This document shows positions 1-8,730 of a stretch of 64,000 nt of DNA, one piece after another. The DNA lies in contig CBFGJX010000001.1 of the NCBI GenBank assembly GCA_965649225.1, positions 160,406-224,405 of the forward strand, in the 5' to 3' direction. The stretch's first letter is position 1; each line of letters starts with the position of its first letter. This stretch comes from a candidate division WOR-3 bacterium (lineage in GTDB: Bacteria; Hydrothermota; Tepidihabitantia; Tepidihabitantales; Tepidihabitantaceae). Under the pieces are notes generated by a model, which was not told the DNA's origin, made no database searches, and saw nothing but the letters and a program-made list of their open reading frames with translations. The translations under genes were made by a program, and so were the position numbers.

Positions 1-70
1 TACCCCGGTGCACTACTGCGATCATCTGGCCACAGTCGGCACAAGAGAAAACCTGCTGAACCGCTGTCAT
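1..70 (-). CDS. dfx: Desulfoferrodoxin / superoxide reductase, N-terminus (runs off the window edge)
   Basis: Not in the ORF track. ATG at 70 after a GGAAAGGAAAG RBS gives MTAVQQVFSCADCGQMIAVVHRG, matching the desulforedoxin-domain start (YxCxxCGxxVxVxH). It lies downstream of rbr-tpx. Confidence 0.75.
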   Translation of the reverse strand, partial: MTAVQQVFSCADCGQMIAVVHRG

Positions 71-119
71 CGACTTTCCTTTCCGTCGCTGCTGAAGCCT
101 TGCTGCAACTACAGCGCCC

Positions 120-680
120 TCATCCTGCTGACTGCGACTGTGCAGCCAGTATCGCGGCAACCGCCTTCAGGGCTGACTCATAATCGGGCTCTTCACCCAG
201 TTCTCTGACGAGCTGTACGTACCTGATGATCCCCGGGCGGTCAATCACAAAAACGGAGCGGGCCAAGAGCCGCAGTTCCTCAATCAAAACGCCATAGGCA
301 ACGCCGAAGGCGGCATCGCGATGATCGGACGCCGTAATGACCCTGTCGATGCCGTTGGCACCGCACCAGCGTTTCTGGGCAAATGGCAAATCCATGGACA
401 CGGTCAGAACGACCAGCTCATCGCTCAGGCGTGCAGCTTCGGCGTTGAACCGCCGCGTTTCGATGTCGCAAATCTCGGTATCCAGAGACGGAACCGCCAG
501 CAACACCACTGGCCGCCCACGAAAGTCACTGAGCCGAACCGGCTTCAGGTCATTGCCAATCAGAGTGAAATCAGGCGCAACATCGCCAGCCTTAAGTTCC
601 GGGCCGAGCAACGTAACCGGCTTCCCGCCCATGGTCACAATCCCGGGGCGACGGTTGTAGGCCGGGCCAGTCGGCATCAC
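120..680 (-). CDS. tpx: Thiol peroxidase (atypical 2-Cys peroxiredoxin)
   Basis: [21 protein letters not shown] and LLARSVFV motifs. Confidence 0.93.
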   Translation of the reverse strand: MMPTGPAYNRRPGIVTMGGKPVTLLGPELKAGDVAPDFTLIGNDLKPVRLSDFRGRPVVLLAVPSLDTEICDIETRRFNAEAARLSDELVVLTVSMDLPFAQKRWCGANGIDRVITASDHRDAAFGVAYGVLIEELRLLARSVFVIDRPGIIRYVQLVRELGEEPDYESALKAVAAILAAQSQSAG

Positions 681-689
681 TTCTCTACC

Positions 690-1262
690 CTACCAGTTCT
701 CGCCCAGCAGCTCAAAGAAGGCCTGTGGGTGTTTGCAGGCCGGGCAAACTTCGGGCGCCGAGTTGCCTTCGTGCAGGTAACCGCAGTTCAGGCAACGCCA
801 GACCTTTTTCTCATTCCGCCGGAACACTTGTCCAGTCTCAATGTTTTTGGCAAAGGCGTTATACCGTCTTTCGTGCTGTTTCTCGGCAACCGCGATAGCC
901 CGAAACGCCTGCGCGACCTCCGCAAAACCTTCCTGCTCAGCCACCTTGGCGAAATCAGGATACATCGTCCCCCATTCGTAGAGCTCTCCGGCTGCAGCAG
1001 CCTTCAGATTCTCAAGCGTCGTTCCGATCTTACCGGCTGGAAAGACGCCGGAAATCTCAACCTCCCCGCCTTCGAGGAACTTGAAAAAACGTTTGGCATG
1101 TTCGCGTTCCTGGTTGGCGGTTTCCTCAAATATCAGTGCGATCTGAACATACCCTTCCTTACGGGCCTGGGAAGCGAAGTAGGTATAACGGTTCCTTGCC
1201 TGTGACTCGCCAGCGAACGCAGTCAGAAGATTCTTTTCGGTCTTGGTACCTTTCAGACTCAT
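690..1262 (-). CDS. rbr: Rubrerythrin
   Basis: [16 protein letters not shown] and EKQH diiron motifs; C-terminal rubredoxin WRCLNCGY...CPAC. Confidence 0.96.
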   Translation of the reverse strand: MSLKGTKTEKNLLTAFAGESQARNRYTYFASQARKEGYVQIALIFEETANQEREHAKRFFKFLEGGEVEISGVFPAGKIGTTLENLKAAAAGELYEWGTMYPDFAKVAEQEGFAEVAQAFRAIAVAEKQHERRYNAFAKNIETGQVFRRNEKKVWRCLNCGYLHEGNSAPEVCPACKHPQAFFELLGENW

Positions 1263-1328
1263 CTAACCTCCTTGGACAAGGCAGTCTGTTGGATTTCTTG
1301 GGACCAATGGCAGTAGCCCATCATCACA

Positions 1329-1357
1329 TTAGACCAGCTGCTTTGACGGCTGTTTCA
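1329..1357 (-). promoter_or_regulatory. Candidate ECF-sigma promoter for rbr-tpx-dfx
   Basis: Minus strand TGAAAC-N16-GGTCTAA, resembling SigW/SigE-type consensus sequences. Confidence 0.45.
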
Positions 1358-1373
1358 CAGAAAAACGGCACAA

Positions 1374-1725
1374 TGGAGGCGGCGGGAATCGAACCCGCGT
1401 CCGGAGCGTTCAGAACCCGGGGTCTACACAGTTATCCGGTCTACCTTTCTCGCGACCGGGGTTGCCGGCCAGCAGGCGCCCGATCGCCAGCTCCGGCTGA
1501 TTTCTCGGACCCGAGCGCCGGAGCAGAATCTCGGGTCCATATCGCCCTTTTATAACCCGCTTTCGTGCCGGGCGCAGTCACGAGGCAGGTGACCACCTAT
1601 GTTAGGCAGCCAGTGCGTAGCTGTTGTTGGCAGCTGTAGTTCCCGCATCATTGATAACGAGGCGACGTGGGAACCCCGCTGTGCACCCGAGCTCCTCAGA
1701 CACCCCGTCGAAACCGTTCGCCCCC
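1374..1725 (-). ncRNA. ssrA: tmRNA, one-piece, about 352 nt; tag peptide (A)ANNSYALAA at 1602-1631
   Basis: 5' GGGGGCGAACGGTTTCGAC; 3' T-arm GCGGGTTCGATTCCCGC then CGCCTCCA; G3:U acceptor pair; internal tag ends YALAA-stop; CCA not encoded. Confidence 0.96.
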
Positions 1726-1778
1726 GACGGACTGGTCAAAGAAGCATCAGACTGAGAAAACTCCAGATTGTCAACCTG

Positions 1779-1807
1779 ATTGTAACCTTGCGTCACCGCA
1801 AAGTCAA
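1779..1807 (-). promoter_or_regulatory. Sigma70-type promoter for ssrA
   Basis: TTGACT-N17-TACAAT. Confidence 0.7.
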
Positions 1808-1890
1808 CACACCCAGCCGCCCGTATCAGTCGCAACAGTCACACCTCCCGTTGCCGCTCCGCAGGTGAGTTCACCGCATTTCCGAACGGA

Positions 1891-1918
1891 TTGACTGTCA
1901 CAAGTGTCAGGCTACACT
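1891..1918 (+). promoter_or_regulatory. Sigma70-type promoter for the iscS operon
   Basis: TTGACT-N16-TACACT. Confidence 0.65.
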
Positions 1919-1954
1919 CTGGCAAGAATCCCTGACCGGCCTTGGAAGGTCTCA

Positions 1955-3196
1955 ATGCAGGTGAATACGATCATCAATTTCGACCATGCCGCTGCCGCTC
2001 CGCTCTTGCCGGAGGCTAAACAGGCAATGCTGGAAGCTGCTGAATCATTCGGCAACCCTTCCAGTCTGCATCAACTTGGCTCAGCCCCCCGGCAGAAACT
2101 TGAAGAGGCACGAGCACAGGTTGCCGCACTGATCAACGCCCCGCAGGACCAGATCGTATTCACGGCATCGGGGTCGGAAGCAAACAATCTGGCGGTCAAA
2201 GGCTTTGCCCTGTCCCCGGCAAGGAAAGGCAAACACCTGGTCGTCTCGGCGATCGAGCACGTGTCAATCCTGGAACCCGCCCGTTCGCTGCGAAAACTGG
2301 GCTTTGAAATAACTGAGGTCGGCGTCGACAGCGACGGAACCGTTTCTCCTGACCGGCTCGAGCAATCGTTGCGCCCGGACACAATCCTGGTGGCTGTAAT
2401 GCATGCCAACTACGAAGTCGGCACGATGCAGAACATCGCTGCCCTGGCCGCAGTTGCCCGCAAACACGGTATACCCTTCCATGCCGATGGTTGCGCAGCG
2501 GTCGGTCGGGTACCCGTAGACGTCACGGCGCTGGGCGTTGATTCGTATTCATTCGCCGCCCAGTCGGTCTACGGCCCGCGCGGTGCTGCCGCACTCTACC
2601 TGCGCCCGGGCGTGCGAATCCAGCCACTGATAGAAGGCGGAGGCCAGGAGCGCGGACGAAGAGCGGGCACAGAGGATGTTGCCGCAATCGCCGGTTTTGG
2701 TGCGGCTGCCGCAGTTGCTGCCCGCGAAGTCAATCGCTGGAGCAGCAGCATGGAACGGCTCGCGCAGAGAATCCGAACCGAGTTGCCCAAAAGACTGGAG
2801 CGACTGGTGTTCACCGGTTCGCCGGACCGGCGGATTCCCGGTCACGTTTCCGTCTGCGTCGAGTTCGTGGAAGGCGAAGCGATGCTGCTGCTGCTCGATG
2901 CCGAAAACATTGCGGCCGCATCGGGCTCCTCCTGTACCGCCCGAACATTGAAGGCATCACACGTGCTGCTGGCGATGGGACTGCCCCACGCGCTGGCACA
3001 GTCTTCGCTGGTACTGACACTGGGTTACGACAACTCGGACAGCGACGTTGACCTGCTGCTCGACCGACTGCCACCACTGGTCAACCGCCTGCGGGCAATG
3101 TCGCCGCTCTACGCCCGATTCATCAAAGGCGAAGACCCTTATGCCTCATCCTCCGGCGAACTCTGCTCGCACGACGATCACAAGGAGGCGGACTGA
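1955..3196 (+). CDS. iscS: IscS/NifS-family cysteine desulfurase homolog lacking the PLP Schiff-base lysine
   Basis: GNPSSLH, FTASGSEANN, IEH, GGGQERGRRAGTE and catalytic SGSSCT are present. The usual SAHKxYGPKG reads AAQSVYGPRG. Confidence 0.9.
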   Translation: MQVNTIINFDHAAAAPLLPEAKQAMLEAAESFGNPSSLHQLGSAPRQKLEEARAQVAALINAPQDQIVFTASGSEANNLAVKGFALSPARKGKHLVVSAIEHVSILEPARSLRKLGFEITEVGVDSDGTVSPDRLEQSLRPDTILVAVMHANYEVGTMQNIAALAAVARKHGIPFHADGCAAVGRVPVDVTALGVDSYSFAAQSVYGPRGAAALYLRPGVRIQPLIEGGGQERGRRAGTEDVAAIAGFGAAAAVAAREVNRWSSSMERLAQRIRTELPKRLERLVFTGSPDRRIPGHVSVCVEFVEGEAMLLLLDAENIAAASGSSCTARTLKASHVLLAMGLPHALAQSSLVLTLGYDNSDSDVDLLLDRLPPLVNRLRAMSPLYARFIKGEDPYASSSGELCSHDDHKEAD

Positions 3197-3576
3197 TGTA
3201 TTCGGAAAAAGTGATGGACCATTTCCGTAATCCCCGCAATGTCGGCGAGATTGAAAACCCCGACGGCGTCGGGGAAGTAGGCAACCCCGTCTGCGGCGAT
3301 ATGATGACGTTCTACATCAAGGTCAAGGACGACCGACTCGTTGACGTGAAGTTCAAGACCTTTGGCTGTGGGGCCGCAATCGCAGTTTCGTCGATGGTCA
3401 GTGAAATGGCTATCGGCAAGACTCTCGATGAAGCGATGGCAATAACCAACGATGATGTCGCCCGCGAGCTGGGGGGGCTGCCGCCCAACAAACTCCACTG
3501 CTCCAATCTTGGTGCAGACGCGCTGCATCGGGCGATCGAAGCGTATCGCGCCGCCAAACAAAGGAAGACACCATGA
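3196..3576 (+). CDS. iscU: IscU/NifU-N Fe-S scaffold
   Basis: MYSEKVMDHFRNPRNVG, GNPVCGD, FGCGAAIA, KLHCSNL; TGATG overlap with iscS. Confidence 0.95.
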   Translation: MYSEKVMDHFRNPRNVGEIENPDGVGEVGNPVCGDMMTFYIKVKDDRLVDVKFKTFGCGAAIAVSSMVSEMAIGKTLDEAMAITNDDVARELGGLPPNKLHCSNLGADALHRAIEAYRAAKQRKTP

Positions 3577-3767
3577 CCCGCGACGCCGACAAACAATGTC
3601 ATTGTCCGTACTGTGACCACCCCGCCGATACCCAGACGCCGTTCTGTCAGCCGTGTTCTGTAACGATTGACACCTGCCCTGTCTGCGGTGCGGCGCTCGA
3701 GAAGAAAAGCCAGGTCTGCCCTAACTGCAACAGTGGGCAGAATAACCAAACCGGGAGGAATCGTTGA
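3573..3767 (+). CDS. Small double zinc-ribbon protein
   Basis: Four CxxC pairs (CPYC, CQPC, CPVC, CPNC); overlaps both neighbours. Confidence 0.75.
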   Translation: MTRDADKQCHCPYCDHPADTQTPFCQPCSVTIDTCPVCGAALEKKSQVCPNCNSGQNNQTGRNR

Positions 3768-4048
3768 TCAACCCTGTTCACGTCCCTGGTAGCAACAACA
3801 AACACAAGGTGTTTGTTTACGCCCTTTCTACCTGCGGCTGGTGCCGGAAGGCCAAAGAGATGCTTGAACAACACGGCATCGAGTACGACTACGTATTTGT
3901 TGACCAGCTCACCGGTGATGAACGTAACGAAGCAATGGACACTCTGCGGTCGCTTAACCCGCGTTCCTCTTTTCCGACCATAAAGATCGACTCCAATGTG
4001 GTAATCGGATTCGACGAAGAACGGCTTGCCGAACTGCTGGAGGTGTAG
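3764..4048 (+). CDS. Glutaredoxin/NrdH-like redoxin
   Basis: YALSTCGWC, FPTI, VIGFDE; GGAGG RBS before TTG. Confidence 0.9.
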   Translation: MINPVHVPGSNNKHKVFVYALSTCGWCRKAKEMLEQHGIEYDYVFVDQLTGDERNEAMDTLRSLNPRSSFPTIKIDSNVVIGFDEERLAELLEV

Positions 4049-4049
4049 A

Positions 4050-4571
4050 CTGGCCCGTGAATTCGCGCCCGAGGTTGTAGCGGCATACGAAAGGCTCAAG
4101 CGGGAGGCGGAATCGGGCGGGTACCGGCTCAATCCCGACCGGGAATTCACCCTTGGGCTGGTCGAAGCCCTGCTCACCAACGAAAAGCGATACGGCTACT
4201 GGATGTGCCCCTGCCGGCTGGCTTTCGGCGACAAGAACAAGGACCTCGATTTGATTTGTCCCTGTGACTACCGCGACGCCGACCTGGAGGAATACGGAAC
4301 CTGCTACTGTTCCCTGTATGTCACAGACGACTGGATCGAAGGCCGAAAACCGCACGGTTCGATACCGGAACGCCGCCCCGACAAGTATGCCCGCGAAGGT
4401 TACAGCCAGCCTGTCAACCCGCCGCCCGTAACAGACCAGGGGCATATGCCAACGCTGCGCTACCCGGTATGGCGATGCAAAGTCTGTGGCTACATCTGTG
4501 CCCGGGAGTCGCCACCAGGCATCTGCCCAATCTGCAAGGCAAAACAGGACCGCTTCGAACGTTTTTTGTGA
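4050..4571 (+). CDS. Ferredoxin:thioredoxin reductase catalytic-type subunit fused to a C-terminal rubredoxin-like domain (FDR-type)
   Basis: YWMCPCR, ICPC, TCYCSLY; C-terminal WRCKVCGY...CPIC. Probable CTG start after GGAGGTG. Confidence 0.88.
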   Translation: MAREFAPEVVAAYERLKREAESGGYRLNPDREFTLGLVEALLTNEKRYGYWMCPCRLAFGDKNKDLDLICPCDYRDADLEEYGTCYCSLYVTDDWIEGRKPHGSIPERRPDKYAREGYSQPVNPPPVTDQGHMPTLRYPVWRCKVCGYICARESPPGICPICKAKQDRFERFL

Positions 4572-4572
4572 C

Positions 4573-4893
4573 ATGCCAATAGCTGAAGTCAGCGTCGTTC
4601 CGGTTGGAACCGGCTCGGCAAGTATCAGCCGTTTCGTACGTGCTGCGCTGGAAGTCGTACGGTCGTCCGGGCTTGAATACGAACTCGGGCCGATGGGTAC
4701 GTGTCTCCAGGGTGACTGGGCCCCTCTGTTTGAAACAATCCGGAAGATTCACGACACCCTGGCGGCGATGGGTTGCACCAGAATCGTCACCACAATCAAG
4801 ATTGACGACCGGCGGGATCGCGGCCAGTCAATGCACGAAAAGGTTTCCCGAGTGCTCAACCGCCCAGGGCAACCCGACCAAATTGGGGCTTGA
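4573..4893 (+). CDS. MTH1187/YqgV family (thiamine-binding-protein fold)
   Basis: AEVSVVPVG, YELGPMGT, IKIDDRRD. Confidence 0.88.
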   Translation: MPIAEVSVVPVGTGSASISRFVRAALEVVRSSGLEYELGPMGTCLQGDWAPLFETIRKIHDTLAAMGCTRIVTTIKIDDRRDRGQSMHEKVSRVLNRPGQPDQIGA

Positions 4894-4918
4894 CAATCGG
4901 CATGGCGTTCACCATAAT
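4890..4918 (+). promoter_or_regulatory. Sigma70-type promoter
   Basis: TTGACA-N17-CATAAT, followed by a leader of about 215 nt. Confidence 0.6.
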
Positions 4919-5139
4919 CGCTGCGGGGAGGCAGGGCATGAGCTGAACTGGACGCCTGCCTCAAAATCTGGAAAGTGGATGACGCGCGACGAAAGCTGCG
5001 AAGGTGGCGTTGTTGTAACGGGGTCAACGACGGACACAACCGGTCGATGAACCCTGGGTGGCTTGGACACAGCGCCGGAGAATGAATGTCAGGATAGCGA
5101 CTAACGCGCGGTCAACCGGACCGCGGGGTGGAGGCCGGA

Positions 5140-5382
5140 ATGTCAGATATGATTAGCGTCGCTTGGCAGCGCGCGATGCAACAGCTCCAAGAAGAGGGAA
5201 TCAGCATCGCCGCTGATGAGCAATCGGTGGTCGAAGCGGTGCGGCAGGACTTCGAAAACCTCGCCGCTCCAATCCAGGACCAGCCTGGTTTCGAAGACGA
5301 AGCGCCGAAACTCGCTGCCTGGATGGTGACCTACGCACTGGAAAGAGATCGAATCGGCCTGACCGACTACGAAAACTTCTAG
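5140..5382 (+). CDS. Small acidic hypothetical protein
   Basis: 80-aa ORF with a GGAGG RBS; no family recognised. Confidence 0.6.
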   Translation: MSDMISVAWQRAMQQLQEEGISIAADEQSVVEAVRQDFENLAAPIQDQPGFEDEAPKLAAWMVTYALERDRIGLTDYENF

Positions 5383-5451
5383 TCGACGCTCGGGATCAAC
5401 GGGAAGGAAGAACAAGCAATTCAGTCAACGCCCTGACTGCTGCCTAGCGTT

Positions 5452-6414
5452 TCAAACAGCCTGTTTTGAAGCGGTTTCGGCCGGTCGCTGCTCGCGTAGC
5501 AGCTTCGAGAGCACCCACGTAACAGCCGTAGCCAGAACGAGCCGGGGCACGGTAATCCAGAACAAATCAGCCCCCATCACAACAAAAATCGCGGTGTCCT
5601 CGAAAAGTCCGTGACAGAGTGCCAGGAACGTAGCCACCAGGGTGACCTGTTTTGATGACAACCCCCCTTCCCGGACCGTTTCGGTTATCACTCCAGCGCC
5701 GAACACAATGCCGAATACATTGCCGGCCAGCCACGGCATTCCTGCCTCAGCGGACAAACCAATAAGCCGGGTCAGCCGGTTGATCCCAGCCAGCAGCTTT
5801 GCCAGCAGACCATAGCACCGAAACAACTCCAGGACTGCGAAGATTCCCACCAGCACCAGCAGCATCTTGATGGCTGTACTCCACAGCCCTGCTCCCCAAT
5901 TGAGCGCCGCCCGTTCCAGCCCGGGCCAAGTCTGATGGGCGAGCGCTGCCAGTCGAGCCGCAGCATCAGCTGCGGCACCTGTGGCCTGACCTTTCAAAGT
6001 CAGCGCCGCCAGTCCCCAGCCGGCAACAACAGCCACCAAAAGCCGTACGGCCCACAACAGCCACCATTTGGCCCGAATCTGGAAAAATACCGCAGTTTCA
6101 AGCAACTGGGAATGCGACAGCAGGAGCATCAGGCTCAGTACCGTCAACTGCCCCCGGGGCAGCCCTAGCGCAGTGATGGCACCAAGGCCGGCGTAGAGAT
6201 TTATAAAATTGCCCAGTATCAGCGCCACCGCCGCCTCACCTGGCAGCCCAAAGAACCTCATCAATGGAGCGGTGATACGGGCGAGAGCAGCCAAAACAGG
6301 TGTGTAACGCAGCAGATGGACGAGCGTATAGACCGGTCCGACAATCAGCATCAACTTCAGAAAGGCCCGGACACCACGCCACGACCCGACAGTGATCGTC
6401 CGTAAAAGTTTCAT
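5452..6414 (-). CDS. Nucleoside-recognition (Gate) domain membrane protein
   Basis: Two hydrophobic repeats with PLMRFFGLPGEAA, HSQLLET and CHGLFEDT. Confidence 0.75.
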   Translation of the reverse strand: MKLLRTITVGSWRGVRAFLKLMLIVGPVYTLVHLLRYTPVLAALARITAPLMRFFGLPGEAAVALILGNFINLYAGLGAITALGLPRGQLTVLSLMLLLSHSQLLETAVFFQIRAKWWLLWAVRLLVAVVAGWGLAALTLKGQATGAAADAAARLAALAHQTWPGLERAALNWGAGLWSTAIKMLLVLVGIFAVLELFRCYGLLAKLLAGINRLTRLIGLSAEAGMPWLAGNVFGIVFGAGVITETVREGGLSSKQVTLVATFLALCHGLFEDTAIFVVMGADLFWITVPRLVLATAVTWVLSKLLREQRPAETASKQAV

Positions 6415-7115
6415 CCCTCAAAACGCTCCATAACTGCCCGACCGGAGCGGATCACACAGTAGGTATTGTGCCGCAGCCAGTCGCCGACATTGATATACCA
6501 GCCACCGTTATGCTCAACCTGTTCCGGCCAATGGGTATGAGCCAGCACCACCAGGTCAAAATCACCCTCAAGTTTCGCGCAGGCAAACTCAGCCAGCCGC
6601 CGACGCAGCCGCAGGCCGGCGGTTCTCTGCCGGCTCTGCCGTGCCACGAAAGTAGCAAGACCGATTCCCAAGTCTGGGTGCAGCAGAGAATAAAGCGCCG
6701 AATTCAAGGGGTTTCGCATCAGGTTGCGGAACAGCCGTGGCACCGGATTGTTATCCAGTTCGTCACCGTGACTGGCATAGACCCGCAGACCGTCGATTGT
6801 CTGTTCCAGCCGATCGGCAACTGTAACATCCGGCAGCTCCTGTCCGAAAAACGAACCAAGCCAGAAATCGTGGTTACCCCGCAGACAGGTCAACCGTGTC
6901 CCCGAATCAACCAGACGAGCCAACGCCGACAGCAACCGGAAGCCGGCCCTTGGTATCACCCGACGATACTCAAACCAGAACTCGAACAGGTCTCCGACGA
7001 TGCAGAGTGACTGAGCGTTTCCGGCAAGGGAATCGACAAATCGCACCAGCCGCATTTCGTCGTCGTGCCCGGATGCCCCGATGTGGGTATCAGCTATGAA
7101 GTAGTGCCCGTTCAA
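6411..7115 (-). CDS. lpxH: UDP-2,3-diacylglucosamine diphosphatase (LpxH/LpxH2-like metallophosphoesterase)
   Basis: ADTHIG, GDLFEFW, GNHDFW, HGD, HTH, NVGDW. Start uncertain (TTG 7115 or 7175). Confidence 0.8.
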   Translation of the reverse strand: MNGHYFIADTHIGASGHDDEMRLVRFVDSLAGNAQSLCIVGDLFEFWFEYRRVIPRAGFRLLSALARLVDSGTRLTCLRGNHDFWLGSFFGQELPDVTVADRLEQTIDGLRVYASHGDELDNNPVPRLFRNLMRNPLNSALYSLLHPDLGIGLATFVARQSRQRTAGLRLRRRLAEFACAKLEGDFDLVVLAHTHWPEQVEHNGGWYINVGDWLRHNTYCVIRSGRAVMERFEG

Positions 7116-8730
7116 GCCGTCTGGCAATCCTTGCTGCCGATTCCCGGCTGTCAACTCTCCATACGTCAGACTCACCAGTCGGCGGCACGAACCGCCGCTT
7201 CATCGCCAGATAGACTTCCAGATTGGCATCCGACAGCGACTGCTCGATTTTCCGCCTGTTCAGCCGACGACGGACAATCCGCTCCGGACACTGCACGAGC
7301 AGGAAAATCACCGGCACACCGACCTGCTGGGCCAACCGGCGGGCACGCTCGCGCGACTCGGGATGCAGAAATGTGGCGTCGAGAATGACACTGTTACCGC
7401 TGCTGAGAAAAAGTCCGGCACGCCGAAACATCTCGTCATAGGTCCTTTTCCCGAGACTGCCCCGGTAGATACCGCGGTTGTAACCTTCCCAGCGCCGTTC
7501 GGTTATCGGGATACCGAGCAGCTGCTTGCGGATGGAATCGGAAAGAAGCTGAAAGGCGCCCAGCCGAACAGCAAGCCGACGAGCCAGATGAGTCTTGCCC
7601 GTACCGGGCAGTCCCATCATCACCAGCAGAAACGGCCGCCGTTCGAGTCGCCGCGCATACTCTGCCGCCAGCCGGAAGTAACGTCGCGCGGCAACAGCCG
7701 CCTGTTTCCTCTCGGCAGTCGATAGACTCGTATCGTTGAGGTTGAAGCTTGTTACCTTGCCTCTGACATAGGCGCGGTAGCACATGTAGAAAGTGAGCAA
7801 CCGCAGCAGCCCGATATCACGAGTGTAGGCAAGATAACGCTCAACGAAGTACCCGGCAAGGTCGTGTCGCCCAGCATAATCAAGGTCCATAACCAGAAAG
7901 GCGACTTCCGCTGCCACGTCTGAACAGGAAAACCGGGGATTAAACTCAATGCAGTCAAAGATATGTACGCCGCCGTTGACAAATATGTTTCTGGAATGGA
8001 GGTCGCCGTGACAGCGCCGAACATAACCGGCTTCCCGGCGATAACGGAAACGACCGCGGTTATCGGCAATGAAGCTGACGACCGCCCGCCGGATTTCGTC
8101 GAATGCCCGGTGGCTGATGGTCCGGCCCCGGAAGTCCAGCGTCTGGGCGAAGTTCTCATCCCAGTTCAGCCTGATTACCTCGGAACTGCCGTACTGGGCC
8201 ACCTGAGCACCGCGCTCGGCACACCGATGGAATCCGGCGACAATCCGGGCGATCTCATCGATGTGGCCAAACGACACTGCCCCGCGCCGCAACTGCTCAG
8301 TCATCAGCCAGTGCTGAGGCAATTCGCGCATCTTCAGCGCATAATCGACCGTCCTGCCCGGCTTGCCGATTGCCAGACTGCCCGCCCGGTCAGTTATCTC
8401 TTCCACTCCGATGTAGATATCGGGCGACAGCTTCCGATTCAGTCGGAATTCCTCGTGACAGAAGAAGCGCCGGGCATCAAGCGTCGTGTAATCAAGAAAA
8501 CCGAAGTTGACCGGCTTCTTCACCTTATAGGCATACTCGCCGGTAAGGAAGACCCATGAAGTGTGGGTTTGAATCAGTCTGACCTTTTTGACTGCTGGCC
8601 CATAGAGTCGAGGATTGAGCATCTCGCTGACCCGGTTGCCAAGCGACGACTCCAGCCTGTCGCGCCGTCGACGGCGTCCGGTCACTGACTCAGACGATAC
8701 CTGCCGCGGCCCGCCAGTTGAACCTGTCAA
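7090..8730 (-). CDS. Aminoglycoside-phosphotransferase-like / AAA_33 P-loop kinase fusion (Rv2004c-like)
   Basis: QTHTSWVFL, YKVKKPVNFGFLD, CHGDLH, FDCIEFN; C-terminal GLPGTGKT and ILDATF. Confidence 0.85.
   Translation of the reverse strand: MTGSTGGPRQVSSESVTGRRRRRDRLESSLGNRVSEMLNPRLYGPAVKKVRLIQTHTSWVFLTGEYAYKVKKPVNFGFLDYTTLDARRFFCHEEFRLNRKLSPDIYIGVEEITDRAGSLAIGKPGRTVDYALKMRELPQHWLMTEQLRRGAVSFGHIDEIARIVAGFHRCAERGAQVAQYGSSEVIRLNWDENFAQTLDFRGRTISHRAFDEIRRAVVSFIADNRGRFRYRREAGYVRRCHGDLHSRNIFVNGGVHIFDCIEFNPRFSCSDVAAEVAFLVMDLDYAGRHDLAGYFVERYLAYTRDIGLLRLLTFYMCYRAYVRGKVTSFNLNDTSLSTAERKQAAVAARRYFRLAAEYARRLERRPFLLVMMGLPGTGKTHLARRLAVRLGAFQLLSDSIRKQLLGIPITERRWEGYNRGIYRGSLGKRTYDEMFRRAGLFLSSGNSVILDATFLHPESRERARRLAQQVGVPVIFLLVQCPERIVRRRLNRRKIEQSLSDANLEVYLAMKRRFVPPTGESDVWRVDSRESAARIARRLERALLHS

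Noticed and set aside
1263..1400. tmRNA 3' end as an integration site
   Set aside because: No integrase or duplicated 3' fragment was seen; rubrerythrin follows directly.
1602..1835. 77-aa ORF ending ANNSYALAA
   Set aside because: It is the tmRNA tag frame extended upstream, not an independent gene.
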